A stretch of 64,000 nt of DNA from Octopus vulgaris. Lineage: Eukaryota. Shown here piece after piece: positions 48,221 to 61,681 of the stretch. Both the position numbers and the translations under genes were made by a program. The DNA is taken from NCBI GenBank assembly GCA_951406725.2, contig OX597815.1, forward strand, positions 161,200,001-161,264,000, in the 5' to 3' direction. How positions within the stretch are numbered: the stretch's first letter is position 1; each line of letters opens with the position of its first letter. The notes under the pieces are model-generated. The model ran no database searches, was not told where the DNA came from, and saw nothing but the letters and a program-made list of their open reading frames with translations.

Positions 48221-48472
48221 ATATGTTGTGTCTGTGTTTGTCCACCCCCAACATCGCTTGACAACCGATGCTGGTGTGTTTAGGTCCCCGTAATTTAGCG
48301 GTTCGGCAAAAGAGACTGATAGAATAAGTACTAGGCTTACAAAGAATAAGTCAATTTGATTCAACTTATTTCGACTAGTCGATTTACAAAGAATAAGTCG
48401 ATTTGATTCGACTAAAAGCAGTGCTCCAGCATGGCCGCAGTCAAATAACTGAAACAAGTAAAGAATAAAAGA
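48013..48472 (+). mobile_element. SINE family A, full-length reference copy
   Basis: tRNA-like head GGCGCAGGAGTGGCTGTGTGG...GGGTTCAGTCCC, CORE-like ACCTTGGGCAAG, central (TA)n, 3' half ending TGAAACAAGTAAAGAATAAAAGA. More than 20 full or partial copies in the window. Confidence 0.92.
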
Positions 48473-48934
48473 AAGAAAAAGGAATTCATTAGTAGATCAG
48501 AGGTAAATGCGGGGAACTGGCAGAATCATTAGCACATCAGGTGAAATGCTTAGCAGTATTTCATCCGTTTTTACATTCTGAGATCAAATTCTGCCAAGGT
48601 CGACTTTGCCTTTCATCCTTTTAGGGTCGATAAAATAACTACTAGTTAAGTACAGGGGTGAATGTAATTAACTACCCCCTCCCTCAAATTTCAGGCCCTG
48701 TGCCTATCGCAAAAATAAAAATTATTGTATTAGAAGTTAAATGAGCTGGCAGAATTATAAAAGCATCAGGTAAAATACCTATCTGTATTTCTTCAACACC
48801 CTTCACATTCTGTGTTCAAATTCTGATGAGGTCAGCTTATCTTACTTTCTCGCTTAATCTTTGATCATCCTATCCTGTGTATATTTCTTGATTTCAGATT
48901 GTTAGGTATAGCTTGAGGGTTATTTAGAAAAACC

Positions 48935-49476
48935 GAATGAAATCTTCAGCTGGATTTTTCAGTTTGTTTAAGATCTGATATAGTGATTTTCTTTTGCCTT
49001 TTTCTGACAAATTGACCTTCCCTCATCATATAATACTTTTATCTGATGTCTTCGTGGACAACATTTCTGAATGTTCTTTCTGACACATGGAGATCTTTTG
49101 CAATTGATGTCATGAACTTTCTGGGATTGTAATCAATGGTCTTTTGAACTTGGCGAATAAATTCAGGTGTTCTGATAATTTCAGAGTGTTTAGAATGCTT
49201 TATATGCTTTGATACTGGTGGTACATTTCCATCTTCAGTCTCTAGCTCCTTAAAAACTTTGTAGACGAAAGATCTGGCAACTTTTAAAAGTCGAGATATT
49301 TCTAAATCGTTATGCTCAGCCTTTGTAACCACAATAACAGCATGCCTCTTCATTTCTTGAGTAAGCTGAGGGTCTGGGATTATTATTTTCTGAAACTAAG
49401 ATTATTGAGAGTTAGCAAAAAGTGCAGCAATGACACCCAAAAAGGTATGTCCTCAAATACCTTACGCACCCTGCGT
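48935..49476 (-). mobile_element. Tc1/mariner-superfamily transposon 5' remnant (HTH region, maT/DD37D-like)
   Basis: ORF 49039-49353 has two HTH-like blocks (EISRLLKVARSFVYKV; SIAKDLHVSERTFRNVVHED). CAGGGTGCGTAAG-type terminus near 49473. Confidence 0.75.
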
Positions 49477-49488
49477 ACATATATATAT

Positions 49489-49760
49489 ATCATCATCATC
49501 ATTGTTCGACCGTGGTCGAGACAATGGAATTTACCATGCTACGCCAGACTTCACGGTCCATCATGGCATTATGGAGGTCCTGTTGCTGGATGCCTGTATC
49601 CCTGGAGATTACATCAGGATAGGAGAGTGTGCGCCCTCTGGTATTGCGAGTAAAGGGCTTCCAGAGGAGAAGAGTAGAAATTACTTCTTTTTCAGCTCTA
49701 CAACAATGTCCAGCAAACTGGACTCTCCTACCTTTCACAAGAGATGACACAGGTGGTAGT
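49489..49760 (-). mobile_element. RTE-group LINE 3' end
   Basis: LPPVSSLVKGRRVQFAGHCCR...LLLWKP...RGRTLSYPD...MMDREVWR...EQ* followed by (TGA)n; flanked by (TA)n. Confidence 0.85.
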
Positions 49761-49777
49761 TTATATATATATATATG

Positions 49778-49839
<62 letters not shown>

Positions 49840-50275
49840 TATGAATAAATATTTTTACTTTCGACACATTTAGTGCATATAAGTAGTCTCTATCATTATA
49901 TATAATTTAAACTTTAATTTCCTTTATATTTAACATTCACTATTGATATCCCTATTCTTTCTGTTAGCTACTTATGACGTTATATCATATAACGTTTTCT
50001 TAAAACAATATGAATAGCGTTCTGTCAATCGCTATACAAATCCATCATTTTTTGCTAAAATGTCTTATTGACGAGTTTCGTCAACTCCATTGCGTTAAAC
50101 TCCATTTATTTATTCATATATTATTCAAAATATTCCTCGTAAGCACGAAGTTTCTACCTTTATAAACAAGGAGTTACAACATCTTTACTTGTGAGATTTT
50201 TGCTACCCTGGTAACTATTTATTTTTTTTTTTTTCCGTGTTAATTGTTAACAAGGTAAAAATACACTCATCTATT

Positions 50276-50321
<46 letters not shown>

Positions 50322-50377
50322 TACATACATACATACATACATACATACATACATACATACATACATACATACATACA

Positions 50378-50413
<36 letters not shown>

Positions 50414-50423
50414 TATATATATC

Positions 50424-50673
50424 GTGCAGGTGGCACGTAAAATGCACCAACCCGACCGTGGCCGATGCCAGCCTCGCCTGGCACCAGTGCAGGTGGCACG
50501 TAAAAAGCACCCACTACACTCACGGAGTGGTTGGCGTTAGGAAGGGCATCCAGCTGTAGAAACATTGCCAGATAAGACCGGAGCCTGGTGCAGCCTTCTG
50601 GCTTCCCAGATCCCCGGTCGAACCGTCCAACCCATGCTAGCATGGAGAACGGACGTTAAACGATGATGATGAC
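50424..50673 (+). mobile_element. Family C module, young
   Basis: GGTGGCACGTAAAA units, GGTTGGCGTTAGGAAGGGCATCCAGC, GGACGTTAAACGATGATGAT. More units at 50875-51035. Confidence 0.85.
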
Positions 50674-51451
50674 ATATATCAATTAGATCAACCCCAGTAC
50701 GCAGGTGGTACTCAATTTATTGACTCCAAAAGGATGAAAGGCAAGGTTGACCTCGGCGGAATTTGAACTCAGAACATAAAGACAGACGAAATACCGCTAA
50801 GCATTTCACCCAGCATGCTAACGTTTCTGCCAGCTCGCCGCCGATCATTGCCAGAGCAGCTAACTGGCATTCATGCCGGTGGCACGTAAAAAGCACCATT
50901 CAAGCGTGATCGTTACCAGCGTCGCCTTACTGGCACTTGTGCCGATGTGCAGGTGGCACGTAAAAAAACACAATTTTTCGTGACCGTTGCCAGTACCACC
51001 TGACTGGCCCTCGTGCCGGTGGCATGTAAAAAAAATTTAGCACGTGAATATATATATGTATGTATGTATGTATGTATGGATGGATGGATGGATGGATGGA
51101 TGGATATAGACAGACACACAAACATACATACAGATTTACATACACAGGCAAAGACACATGCAGATGCACATGCATGTACAGACATGTATGTGTGTCTGTA
51201 TCTATATGTACGTGTGTATGAATCAGGCAATCTAAAGAAAAGACACGTGCTTGCATGTCTCCTATGTGAATAATGACCATGGGAGTCATTGACCTCTAAA
51301 CTACTGAAGTAAACATAACATGTACATGGCACACACATGCACACACGTACATGTATGTATGGATGGATGTACATGTGTGTGTCTTTGTATATGCGTATGT
51401 ATGTATGTATATATAAATGTATCTGTGTGTGTGTATGTATGTATGTATGTA

Positions 51452-51490
<39 letters not shown>

Positions 51491-51873
51491 GCATTCAAAT
51501 GCATCTATATGTGGGTATGTTTATATATATATATATTGCTTAATATATTGATCATTTTCCCCTGTTTTTACCATTATTGTTTTTTGTATTTTATATTCGT
51601 GTGGCATCGTCCGTTTTTCTGTCCCTGTTTCGTATACATTCGATCCTTTTTCCAAGAAATCTAATGCTCGTAGCTTAGTTTTTCCTTGGGGCTGGCCGGA
51701 TCAGAGCGATCTCAAGAATAATCAGCCGAAATTGCTAGGATGATCCGGTTCTTGACTGAAGATTGAAGGCTTCGAATGTCCCTTCCGCGTTTTTTGTATC
51801 GTCTTTTTGTATCGTCTTCTAAATGTTTTACGTTCTTGTCCCAGTTTGTATTTTTCTACATATAATATTTTTC

Positions 51874-51920
<47 letters not shown>

Positions 51921-51921
<1 letters not shown>

Positions 51922-52441
51922 AATGCCTCTATAGACAAGTTAATTTTTTCCTGGTGCAATAATTTCCCATAGAAGCAATGTTATAAAGTGTAACTTGTTC
52001 CCAGGAAAATATTTTGTCTGTAAAATTTATAATACGCATAAATAAAAGGCAATAAAACAACAATAGAAAGTAAAGAATATTTTATGTAAAGTGAAAAGAA
52101 TGTCAAGACCATTTGTAATAAAAAATGTTATTATAACCATTTTCTGAATCACTTTCACTTGCACTAGACACATGCACACTATCACTTGTGGACCTTATCA
52201 CTGATTCACAAGCACTTGTAGATAGACTCATAAATTTCTTTTTAAAAAATAAGTCTAGAGTTGTTTGCTTTGAAGAAGCCTTTTTTCACTCTCTGGAAAT
52301 TTTTCGGTAACATGCACAAGCATTTGTTATGGTAATAGAAACGTTTACACTCCATTCAAAATTTGGACCTTGTGCTTGAAAAATAAAGATCATAGATGTG
52401 GGATCTCATAAAGTAGGTCCTCATAAAGTGAGATATTACTA
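51921..52441 (-). mobile_element. Tigger/pogo-like MITE, inverted copy of 61166-61681
   Basis: Long reverse-complement match, e.g. AATAAAAGGCAATAAAACAACAATAGAAAGTAAAGAATATTT. Confidence 0.75.
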
Positions 52442-52696
52442 TATATATGTTTGCAAACCTAATGCAGGCCTCAAAAAACATTTTAAGGTCTATAAAGATC
52501 AGAACTTATTTGCAGCTCTTGGTGGTTCAAATTGGATATGTAATCTATGTGGGTGTCTTTTCAAAACATTGGTTTAAAAAGCCACATATTATGCCATGAT
52601 GGTTCTAAGGTGTAGATACAGGAGGTGGTCAAACTGTATATATGTAGATATATATACATATATAATCATACATATATATATATATATATATATATT

Positions 52697-52875
52697 GGCA
52701 CGTAAAAAGCACCCACTACACTCTCGGAGTGGTTGGCGTTAGGAAGGGCATCAAGCTGTAGAAACTCTGCCAGATCAAGACTGGAGCCTGGTGCAGCCAT
52801 CTGGTTGCCAGCCCTCAGTCAAAACCGTCCAACCCATGCTAGCATGGAAAACGGACGTTAAACGATGATGATGAT
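52697..52875 (+). mobile_element. Family C module
   Basis: Same motifs as 50424-50673; inserted next to (TA)n. Confidence 0.85.
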
Positions 52876-52892
52876 ATGCATGTGCTTTTATG

Positions 52893-52935
<43 letters not shown>

Positions 52936-53009
52936 ATGTATATATATATATATATATACTTGTGTACATATATATACATACATTTGTGTATATACATCCA
53001 TATATGTGA

Positions 53010-53310
53010 AGGTGCATGGCCCAGTGGTTAGAGTGGTGGGCTGACAATCATGAGGTAGTAAGTTTGATTCCTGGACTAGGTTGTATGTTGTGTCCTTGAG
53101 CAAGACACTTTATTTCACATTGCTCTAGTCCACTTACCTGGTAAAAATGAGTAATACCTGTATTTCAAAGGGCCAGCTTTGTCAGACTGAATCACTCTGA
53201 GAACTGTATTAAGGGTACATGTGCCCGTGGTGTGCTCAGTCACTTGCAGGTTAATCTCATGAGCAGGCTGTTCTGTTTATCAGATCAACTGGAACCTCAC
53301 CAACGTAACC
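53010..53310 (+). mobile_element. SINE family D variant
   Basis: GGTGCATGGCCCAGTGGTTAGAG head, GTGTCCTTGAGCAAGACACTTTATTTCAC core; the tail matches ~13250-13350 inverted. Confidence 0.75.
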
Positions 53311-53795
53311 AACAGAAAGTGCTAGTATATTAATAAGTATGTACATACTTCACACTTCTCTCCAATTATTTGCCGTGGCATTTGATTAGAAGAGGAACAC
53401 TGCTAGGTGTTCACATATTCAGGTATAGTTTTCCTCCCACTATTTATTTCTTGTAAGACATGCAGAAATTATCCTTAATGCAGATGCTTTAGCTGCTGTT
53501 ACGTCCAAATGATGATGTAGATGAACGTTGATGAGGATGGTGATGATGATGAAGATGATGATGCCATTGTATCTAGATATTACAATGTGGTTGTTGTTAT
53601 AGCTGTTTGTAATATGAGGCAGCAGGTGACTGTAAGATGCCTATTTTTATTTCTGTGTGTGCATGTATGTTTTAACCACATGTAAGAATGTGCATATCTC
53701 TAATCAGGGAATGTGTGTATGTATATATGAATATACATGTATATGTGTATACATTCACACACACGCATTTGTATATATACATGTATGTATGTTTG

Positions 53796-53829
<34 letters not shown>

Positions 53830-53865
53830 TGTATGTATGTATGTTTGTATGTACGTATGTATGTG

Positions 53866-53897
<32 letters not shown>

Positions 53898-55558
53898 TGT
53901 ATGTATGAGTATATGTATGTATGTATGTGTCTATATATGTATGTATGTATGTGTGTGTGTGTATATATGTATGTTTGAATGTTTGTATTTATCTCAATAT
54001 ACTTACATCACTATATCTCATTTGTATATCTGCATGAAGAATTTTATATATACATATCACTAAAGCACAAACTTATATCTTTATACACTCACACATGTAT
54101 GCATGTGTTTGTGTACACATGTGCATGTGACAAATTAAGATGTAAGATTTTCTGCAGTCTATTTATGGAGCAGTTTAATTAGTGAGAATTGTGAGTGGCA
54201 AGTTGTAGACCAGTGTTCATATGAACAAACTTGCTTTCAAGTGCAGTAAATGATCTGATGATGATAATGATGACGATTATGATGATGATGATGAAACTTA
54301 TAAAAATGTCTGAAGAAAACTTTCAACATAGAAGTAAAAGAAAACGAAGCAAATACAAACAGATGCTGCCAAATATATCAAATAAAAAGATAAATAAATG
54401 TGTTTTTTTGGAAACCGCTCTGCAAGATCTTACATGTTGTGGGAGCAATATATTTAATTATACATACTTCAGTGTATGACTGGTACTTGTTCCATCAAAC
54501 CTTGAAGGATAAGCAAAAGAGATAAGAACAGAACAAAAATCAAGTCTAGCTCACTGCTGACAGACATAATTAAATACTTCAAAGAATTTTGTCTTCTTAT
54601 ACACCACCTCTTCAAATCTACTGATGTTCCTTCTCGTTGCTTGATGTTTGGAATAGAAATCAGAGCAGAAAAATATTTAAAAAATAAATAAAATGAATAA
54701 GGACATGACGAAAATGCCAACAGTGTCATCACAATAAACGTTTCAATATATGGAGAGAAACTGTGCACAGCTGTTTGAAGGCTGACAATTTGGCATTGCT
54801 GACTGGACACAGAGCTTGCTTTCATGACCAATACTTTTTTCACAACCATCGGAGCAAGACGTGCTCCTCACGAATGTAGTTCATGAGATGGCTGTGATTT
54901 GTAAATAGTTTTGAGTAGGAACCAGGAAAAGAAGAATTGACACACAATGCACATGTGCACACTGAATTCGTAAAATGGAAGAGAAGAATAAACCTTGATG
55001 CACATCATCATCATCATTTAATGTCCACTTTCCATGCCAGCATAGGTTGGACGATTTGACTGTGGGCTGGCGAACCAGATGGCTGCACCAGACTCCAATC
55101 TGATCCGGTAGAGTTTCTACAGGTGGATGCCCTTACTAACGCCAACCACTCTGAGAGTGTAGTGGGTGCTGTTTATCTTGATATAAGATCGCCTTGTCAC
55201 GCATATATGGTTGTGATGCATGTGCCTGGTATACGCTTATCAGACAGGTAGTCATGATGGGTATACTGGGCTTCATATAATTATACCCCAGTGTCACTTT
55301 GATGGCATGCACTGCTCTCTTCCTCAATAATGCTAATAGTAAGAAGAATAGTTTCAAAAGTTGGTTCAAGACCAGCAATTTTAGGAGCAGAATAGGTTGA
55401 TTCCATTGACCCCAGTATTCAACTGTTACTTATTTATCAACTTCAGAAGGAGGAAAGGCAAAGTTGAACTCAGCAGGATTTGAACCGAGAACATATTGTG
55501 TTGGAAGAAATGGCACTAAGTATTTTGTCCAACATGCAAATGATCCTGCCAGCTTGCC

Positions 55559-55559
<1 letters not shown>

Positions 55560-55623
<64 letters not shown>

Positions 55624-55778
55624 TAATAATAATAATGATAATAATAATAATGATAATAATAATAATGATAATAATAATAATGATAATAATAATAATAATA
55701 ATAGTGATAATAATGATAATAATAATAATAATAATGATAATAATGAATGATGATGACGACGACGACGATGACGATAAT
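55560..55778. repeat. (AAT)n/(GAT)n microsatellite
   Basis: Direct observation. Confidence 0.95.
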
Positions 55779-56219
55779 GGTTTCAAATTTTGCTGCAACG
55801 GCAGCAATTTTGGGGGAGGGAGATAAGTTGATTACAGTGACCCCGCTGTTGTACTGGTACTTATTTTATCGACTCCGAATGGATGAATGGTAACGTCAAC
55901 CTTGGTGAAATTTGAACTCCAAACATAAGGATGGACGAAATACTGCTAAGCATTTTACCCAGCGTGCTAATGATTCTGCCAGCTCACCACCTTGGTGATG
56001 GAAAACCGATTATAGCAGCTACTCCATCTAAGAATATCTGAAGAAGAAATTTTATTCTTAAATATTATCAGACTATGGATGACTAAATTACAACAGGTAT
56101 ATAGCCCATTGTTTATATTATAGTGCATTTTTGTACCATTCAAAACTTTTTATTCTTTACAAACAATACACAATGCTTCAAGCAAACTACAATACTCTCC
56201 AATAATAATAATCATAATC

Positions 56220-56251
<32 letters not shown>

Positions 56252-56432
56252 CCTTTTTACTATAAGCATAAGGCCTGAAATTTTAGGAAAGGGGCTAATA
56301 TATTACATCAAACCCAGTACTTGGCTGGTACTTATTTCATTGATTCTGGAAGGATGAAAGGCAGAATTGACCTCAGCAAGATTTGAACTCTGTATGAAGA
56401 CAGTACAGTGTCATTTGCAAAAAAAGTTTATA

Positions 56433-56820
56433 GGTGTAGTAGTGGCTGTGTGGTAAGTAGCTTGCTTACGAACCACATGGTTCTGGGTTCAGTCCCACTA
56501 CGTGGCACCTTGGGCAAGTGTCTTCTACTATAGCCTCGGGCCAACCAAAGCCTTGTGAGTGGATTTGGTAGACGGAAACTGAAAGAAGCCTGTCATATAT
56601 ATGTGTATGTTTGTGTGTCTGTGTTTTTCCCCCCAACATTGCTTGACAACCGATGCTGGTGTGTTTACGTCCCCGTAACTTAGTGGTTCGGCAAAAGAGA
56701 CCGATAGAATAAGTACTAGGCTTACAATGAATAAGTCCTAGGGTCGATTTGCTCGACTAAAGGCAGTGCTCCAGCATGGCCGCAGTCAAATGACTGAAAC
56801 AAATAAAAGAATCAAAGAAT
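56433..56820 (+). mobile_element. SINE family A, full length
   Basis: Matches 48013-48472. Confidence 0.92.
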
Positions 56821-57587
56821 ACTGTTTTTAACAGGTCAAGCAATCACCAAGAGATTCCATTGTTGGATTGTTCTTCATCTACATCTAATGATATTATAGT
56901 GCTGAATAAAAAAAAAAATTACTACTTGTAAATGCCTAAGATACATTCCCCAAATAGTAGAGTTCATTATTATACATCACATCCTCTGAAGTTAACAACA
57001 ATTCCAATATTGAATTTTGTTGTCTAATTTCTTATAATTAAAAATCTATTTATAAATATCTTAATTCAAACAATTTCAAATACCATATTAGAAATAAAAA
57101 ACAAAAACAAATTAATGTTTATTAAAGACAGAAAAGAAAATCACTGTAGTACAGAATATCATTTGTATTTTTATACTATTTTACTTTTTTAAATATTTTC
57201 CCATCTCAGAAATCCATCAGCTACAATAATTAATTTGTTAATTGGCCTATTGTTTTAATTGTTAGTGAATGTCTGCTGTATGACTTCTCATCAGAACAAC
57301 AAGCAAGGGCCTTGTTGAACTTAAATGCAGTCCTACCATATGTAGCCTCAGATAATGTTTCTATTTTCTCTGTTAATTCTGTTCATTTCATTCTTGAATG
57401 GGAATCAAAATGAAGATTTGGATAGGTAAACTTAGACAAACTGAGATTGGTTTTTGGACAGCTCTTGACCTAGGTAATATTTAACTTATTAGTATCAACT
57501 GATAGTGACTGGAACCTGGTGCAGCTCTCTGGCTTACCAGCTCCAGTGAAACTGTCCAACCTATTCTTGCATGGGAAACAGACACTA

Positions 57588-57619
<32 letters not shown>

Positions 57620-57626
57620 CATAAAC

Positions 57627-58185
57627 ATTGCCCCAATGCAGTACCAGGCAGTGGCTCTCATAGCTGCTGATCTTAACTGATTGGAATTGTTATCATGTAC
57701 ATTGTTTTGTCTTGGTATAAAAGATGGGCTACAGCAAATATTCTGCTCAATACCACAGGTTTGCTTGTCAGTTGTTTGACCTTAACCAGTTGGGCATGTC
57801 CCTTTGTGGCTGACGATATGTGCATCTCTGATCACGAGCAGAAGTAGTGGAGGAGTATCATAGCCATGTGTCGAGAGGGATTCTTTGAGGTTTGAATAAT
57901 TCACCTCTGGAAACATGGGTGTTTTGTTCAACATCCTTAAACAACCCTTATTCAGGGAACTTTTGAGCGGGATGGTTTACTCGACCAGAAGAAAATTCTA
58001 ACTGGGCCCCACCTGCAAGGCCATGTACTATTTATCTTGATATGAGATCACTATGTCGCGTACATATGGTTGTGATGCATGTACCTAGTGTACCCTTATC
58101 AGACGGGTACTCATGATGGGTATACTGGGCTTCATATATTTTACCCCAGTGTCACTTTGATGGCATGCACTACCCTCTCACTCAT
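57627..58185 (+). repeat. Interspersed repeat embedded in (AAT)n; 3' part also at ~55170-55327
   Basis: Shared TTTATCTTGATAT...TACCCCAGTGTCACTTTGATGGCATGCACT block, each followed by AAT-rich runs. Confidence 0.7.
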
Positions 58186-58186
58186 G

Positions 58187-58226
<40 letters not shown>

Positions 58227-58250
58227 TCATGATGAAGCAGCAGCGGCAGG

Positions 58251-58650
58251 AGGCACAATGACCCAGTGGTTAGGGCAGCGGACTCGCGACTGGAGGATCG
58301 CGGTTTCGATTCCCAGACTGGGTGTTGTGTGTGTTTATTGAGCGAAAACATCTAAAGCTCCACGAGGCTCCAGCAGGGGGTGGTGGCGACCCCAGTTGTG
58401 CTCTTTCGCTCCAACTTTCTCTCATTCTTTCTTCCTGTTTCTTGTCCCCGACTTCCTACGCAACCGCTGAGCCTGGATGCGCATTCATCTATCCGTCGAT
58501 GCTCTCGGTTATGGGGGTTGACCTGCTTTCTCTTCTGCGGGTCTTACGAATAGCAAAGGACAACGTTTCGGACTTCTCCCTCTACAGAGGCGCGATCTTG
58601 CGAGCTCTGGGATGAAGACTGCTTCACTCAACAAACAAACAAACAAACAA
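58251..58650 (+). mobile_element. tRNA-derived SINE (family F) with (AAAC)n tail
   Basis: GGCACAATGACCCAGTGGTTAGGGCAG (A box), GGTTTCGATTCCC (B box), GC-rich body, (AAAC)n. Confidence 0.75.
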
Positions 58651-58996
58651 GCAGCAGCAGCAGTAATATACTGAAGCCAAATTACTACAGCAAATTTCTG
58701 AGATGTCTTTAGTGTATTTGACAGTTGAGGTGGTAATACCATTCATTAAAAAATTTACGTGTGTGTATGTCTGTGAATGGATTTTTAATCAAGAAAATAA
58801 GAAGGCCATTCACAGGAAAAAGGATTTAATACATTCAAATATAGAGCAAAACTCATTTAAATATAAAGCATCCGATGAGTGCAGGAAAAAAAATCACACG
58901 CACACACACACACATACACACACACAATGTTTCCATTTCTAAACTGCAGTGGCAAATGGTACACAATAAATGATGTAGGACTTATGTAATATAAAA

Positions 58997-59029
<33 letters not shown>

Positions 59030-59137
59030 GCGTGGCTGAGTGGTAAGAAACTTGCTTCCCAACCACATGGTTCCAGGTTCAGTCTTACTGTGTAGCATCA
59101 CGGGTAGATTTAATAGTGAGAAACTATAAGAAGTCCA

Positions 59138-59625
59138 TCATCATCATCATCATCGTTTAACGTCCGTTTTCCGTGCTAGCACGAGTTGGACGGTTCGACC
59201 GGGGTCTGGGAAGCCAGGGACTGCACCAGGCTCCAGTCTGATCTGGCAGTGTTTCTACAGCTGGATGCCCTTCCTAACGCCAACCACTCCATAAGTGTAG
59301 TGGGTGCTTTTTACATGCCAGGGGAGTCTGGTATCGGCCACGATCAGTTGGTGCTTTTAACATGCCACCGGCACGGAAGCCAGTCAAGGTGGAGCTGGCA
59401 TCGGCCACATTCGGATGGTGCTTTTTATGTACCATCGGCACAGAAGCCAGTCGAGGCGGCGCTGGCATCGGCCACGTTCCGATGGTGCTTTTTATGTGCC
59501 ACCCGCACAGATATCACTACTATTTCCATTGATATTTATTTCGATGTTCAATGTTCATGTACTTGACTCAATAGGTCTCCTCAAGCACAGCGGGATGTTC
59601 TGGAATCCAAGGTACTTTGAATGGG
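59138..59625 (-). mobile_element. Family C module with multi-unit hairpin array
   Basis: Four GGTGCTTTT(T)AxxTGCCAC-type units on + strand and a (CAT)n start. Confidence 0.8.
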
Positions 59626-60122
59626 CATATATATGTGTGTGTGTGTCTTTGTATCAGTGTTTGTCCCCCACCACCACTCGACAACCAGTGTTGGTGTGTT
59701 TACATCCCCATAACTTAGCAGTTCATGAAAAGATACCAATAGAATAAATAGCATTCTTAAAAAACACCTGGCCAGCTATGAAGGGCATTTAAAAAAGAAG
59801 GGCACACCATACACAATTAAACGGAAGCTCCTAGAACAACCAATGCTGTACATCAAAAGGAGCAAACAATGCAAGCTGTAGAAGTGAGCTGCGATGTCTC
59901 TGGTGCCAAGCTGTATTGGCATTTGCTTTTCCCTTGGATAATATCGGTGGTATGGGAGGGGAGGCTGGTATGCATAGGCCACTGCTGGTCTTCCAGAAAC
60001 AACCTTGTCCAGACTTGTGCCTAAGAGGGTAACTTTCTAGGTCCAATCCCATGATCATTCATGACAAATGGTGGTCCATATTCATACGCACACACACAGA
60101 CACACACACACACACACATATA

Positions 60123-60270
60123 GGTACAGTAGTGGCTGTGTGGTAAGTAGCTTGCTTACCAACCACATGGTTCTGGGTTCAGTCTCCCTGCATGGTACTT
60201 TGGCCAAGTGCTTTCTACTATACCAAAGCCTTGTGAGTGGATTTGGTAGACGGAAACTGAAAGAAGCCCA

Positions 60271-60318
<48 letters not shown>

Positions 60319-60533
60319 ATGTTTGTGTATCTGTGTTTGTCCCCCCAACATTGCTTGACAAGCGAGGCTGGTGTGTTTACGTCCCTGTAATGTAGCAGTT
60401 CCGCAAAAGAGAAGGATAGAATAAGTACTAGGCTTACAAAGAATAAGTCCTGGGGTCGATTTGCTTGACTAAAGGTGGTGCCCTAGCATGACCACAGTCA
60501 AATGACTGAAACATGTAAAAGAATAAAAGAATA
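60123..60533 (+). mobile_element. SINE family A
   Basis: Matches 48013-48472 with a small deletion. Confidence 0.88.
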
Positions 60534-61165
60534 CATATATATATATATATATCAACATCAGCAGTAGCCTTATCATCATGATCTTTCTGTCTGTATCTAT
60601 ATTTCCATACTGGCTTGGGTTAGATGAGTTTCAACAGTAGTAGAGAAAACTGCTTAACACTTTTTTTTATGTGTATATCTTACAGTTTATGCTACATATA
60701 TTTGATCATACCAGTAACACAAGAGATGTTGTTGCAAGGAGGACAAAAGGATGCCTTCACCAGGTGTTAGTACTTTTTCAGAATTACTGCACTCTGAGAA
60801 TCATAAATCTGAAGAATGTGAAGCATATTGCATCACAAATTATCCATCTGTGAGAATAGATTTGTGTGTGTATGTGTGCCTGGTCTGTATTTTAGTGTTC
60901 CATATAGGTGATGGGATAATCTTTTAATGAATCAAGTTTGTATTCTTGCATTGACTCTTGAATCAGCCCATTCACATTATTTCTTTTCTGGGTGGTGAAT
61001 AATGTTTAATAACTCAGAGGTGACAGACACTTATGGACTGTATTCTCACTGATTCATTATGTAAAGTCAGAGTTTTCATTACTGTCATTATAAACTGTAT
61101 CTGTTTGCTTAGTATTAGACAATGAAATATCTATAATTTTCTACTGCATAGCACACATGAAAATA

Positions 61166-61681
61166 CAGTAATGCTTCAATTTTAAGGACCTGCTTTACGA
61201 GACACTCGGTTTACAAGTTGAATTTTTCAAGCACAAGATCCAAATTTTGAACAAAGCAAAAAGTTTCTACTACCATAACAAATGCTTCTGCGTGTTACCA
61301 AGAAATTCATAGATAGTGAAAAAAAGTTTCTTCTAAGCAAACAACTCTAGACTTGTTTTTTAAAAAGAAATTTATGAGTCCATCTACAAGTGCTTGTGAA
61401 TTGGTGATAAGGTCCACAAGTGAAAGTGATTCAGAAAACGGTTATAATAATAGTACTTTTTATTACAAATGATCTTGACATTCTTTTTACTTTACATAAA
61501 ATATTCTTTACTTTCTATTGTTGTTTTATTGCCTTTTATTTATGTGTATTATAAATTTTATAGGTAAAATATTTTTCTAGGAATGAATTGTTTTATAACA
61601 TTGTTACTATGGAAAATTATTGCTCTGCTTTTCGAGTTTTCACTTTACAAGCAGTCTCAGGGAACGAATCAGGCATTACTG
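61166..61681. mobile_element. Tigger/pogo-like MITE
   Basis: TA|CAGTAATGC ... GCATTACTG|TA TIRs; second copy at 51921-52441. Confidence 0.8.

Noticed and set aside
54469-54849. 126-aa - strand ORF in unique-looking DNA
   Set aside because: No recognisable domain or convincing splice sites.
58251-58325. tRNA gene (also the heads at 48013, 53010, 27937)
   Set aside because: A/B boxes are present but there is no closed acceptor stem, and each runs into a SINE body.
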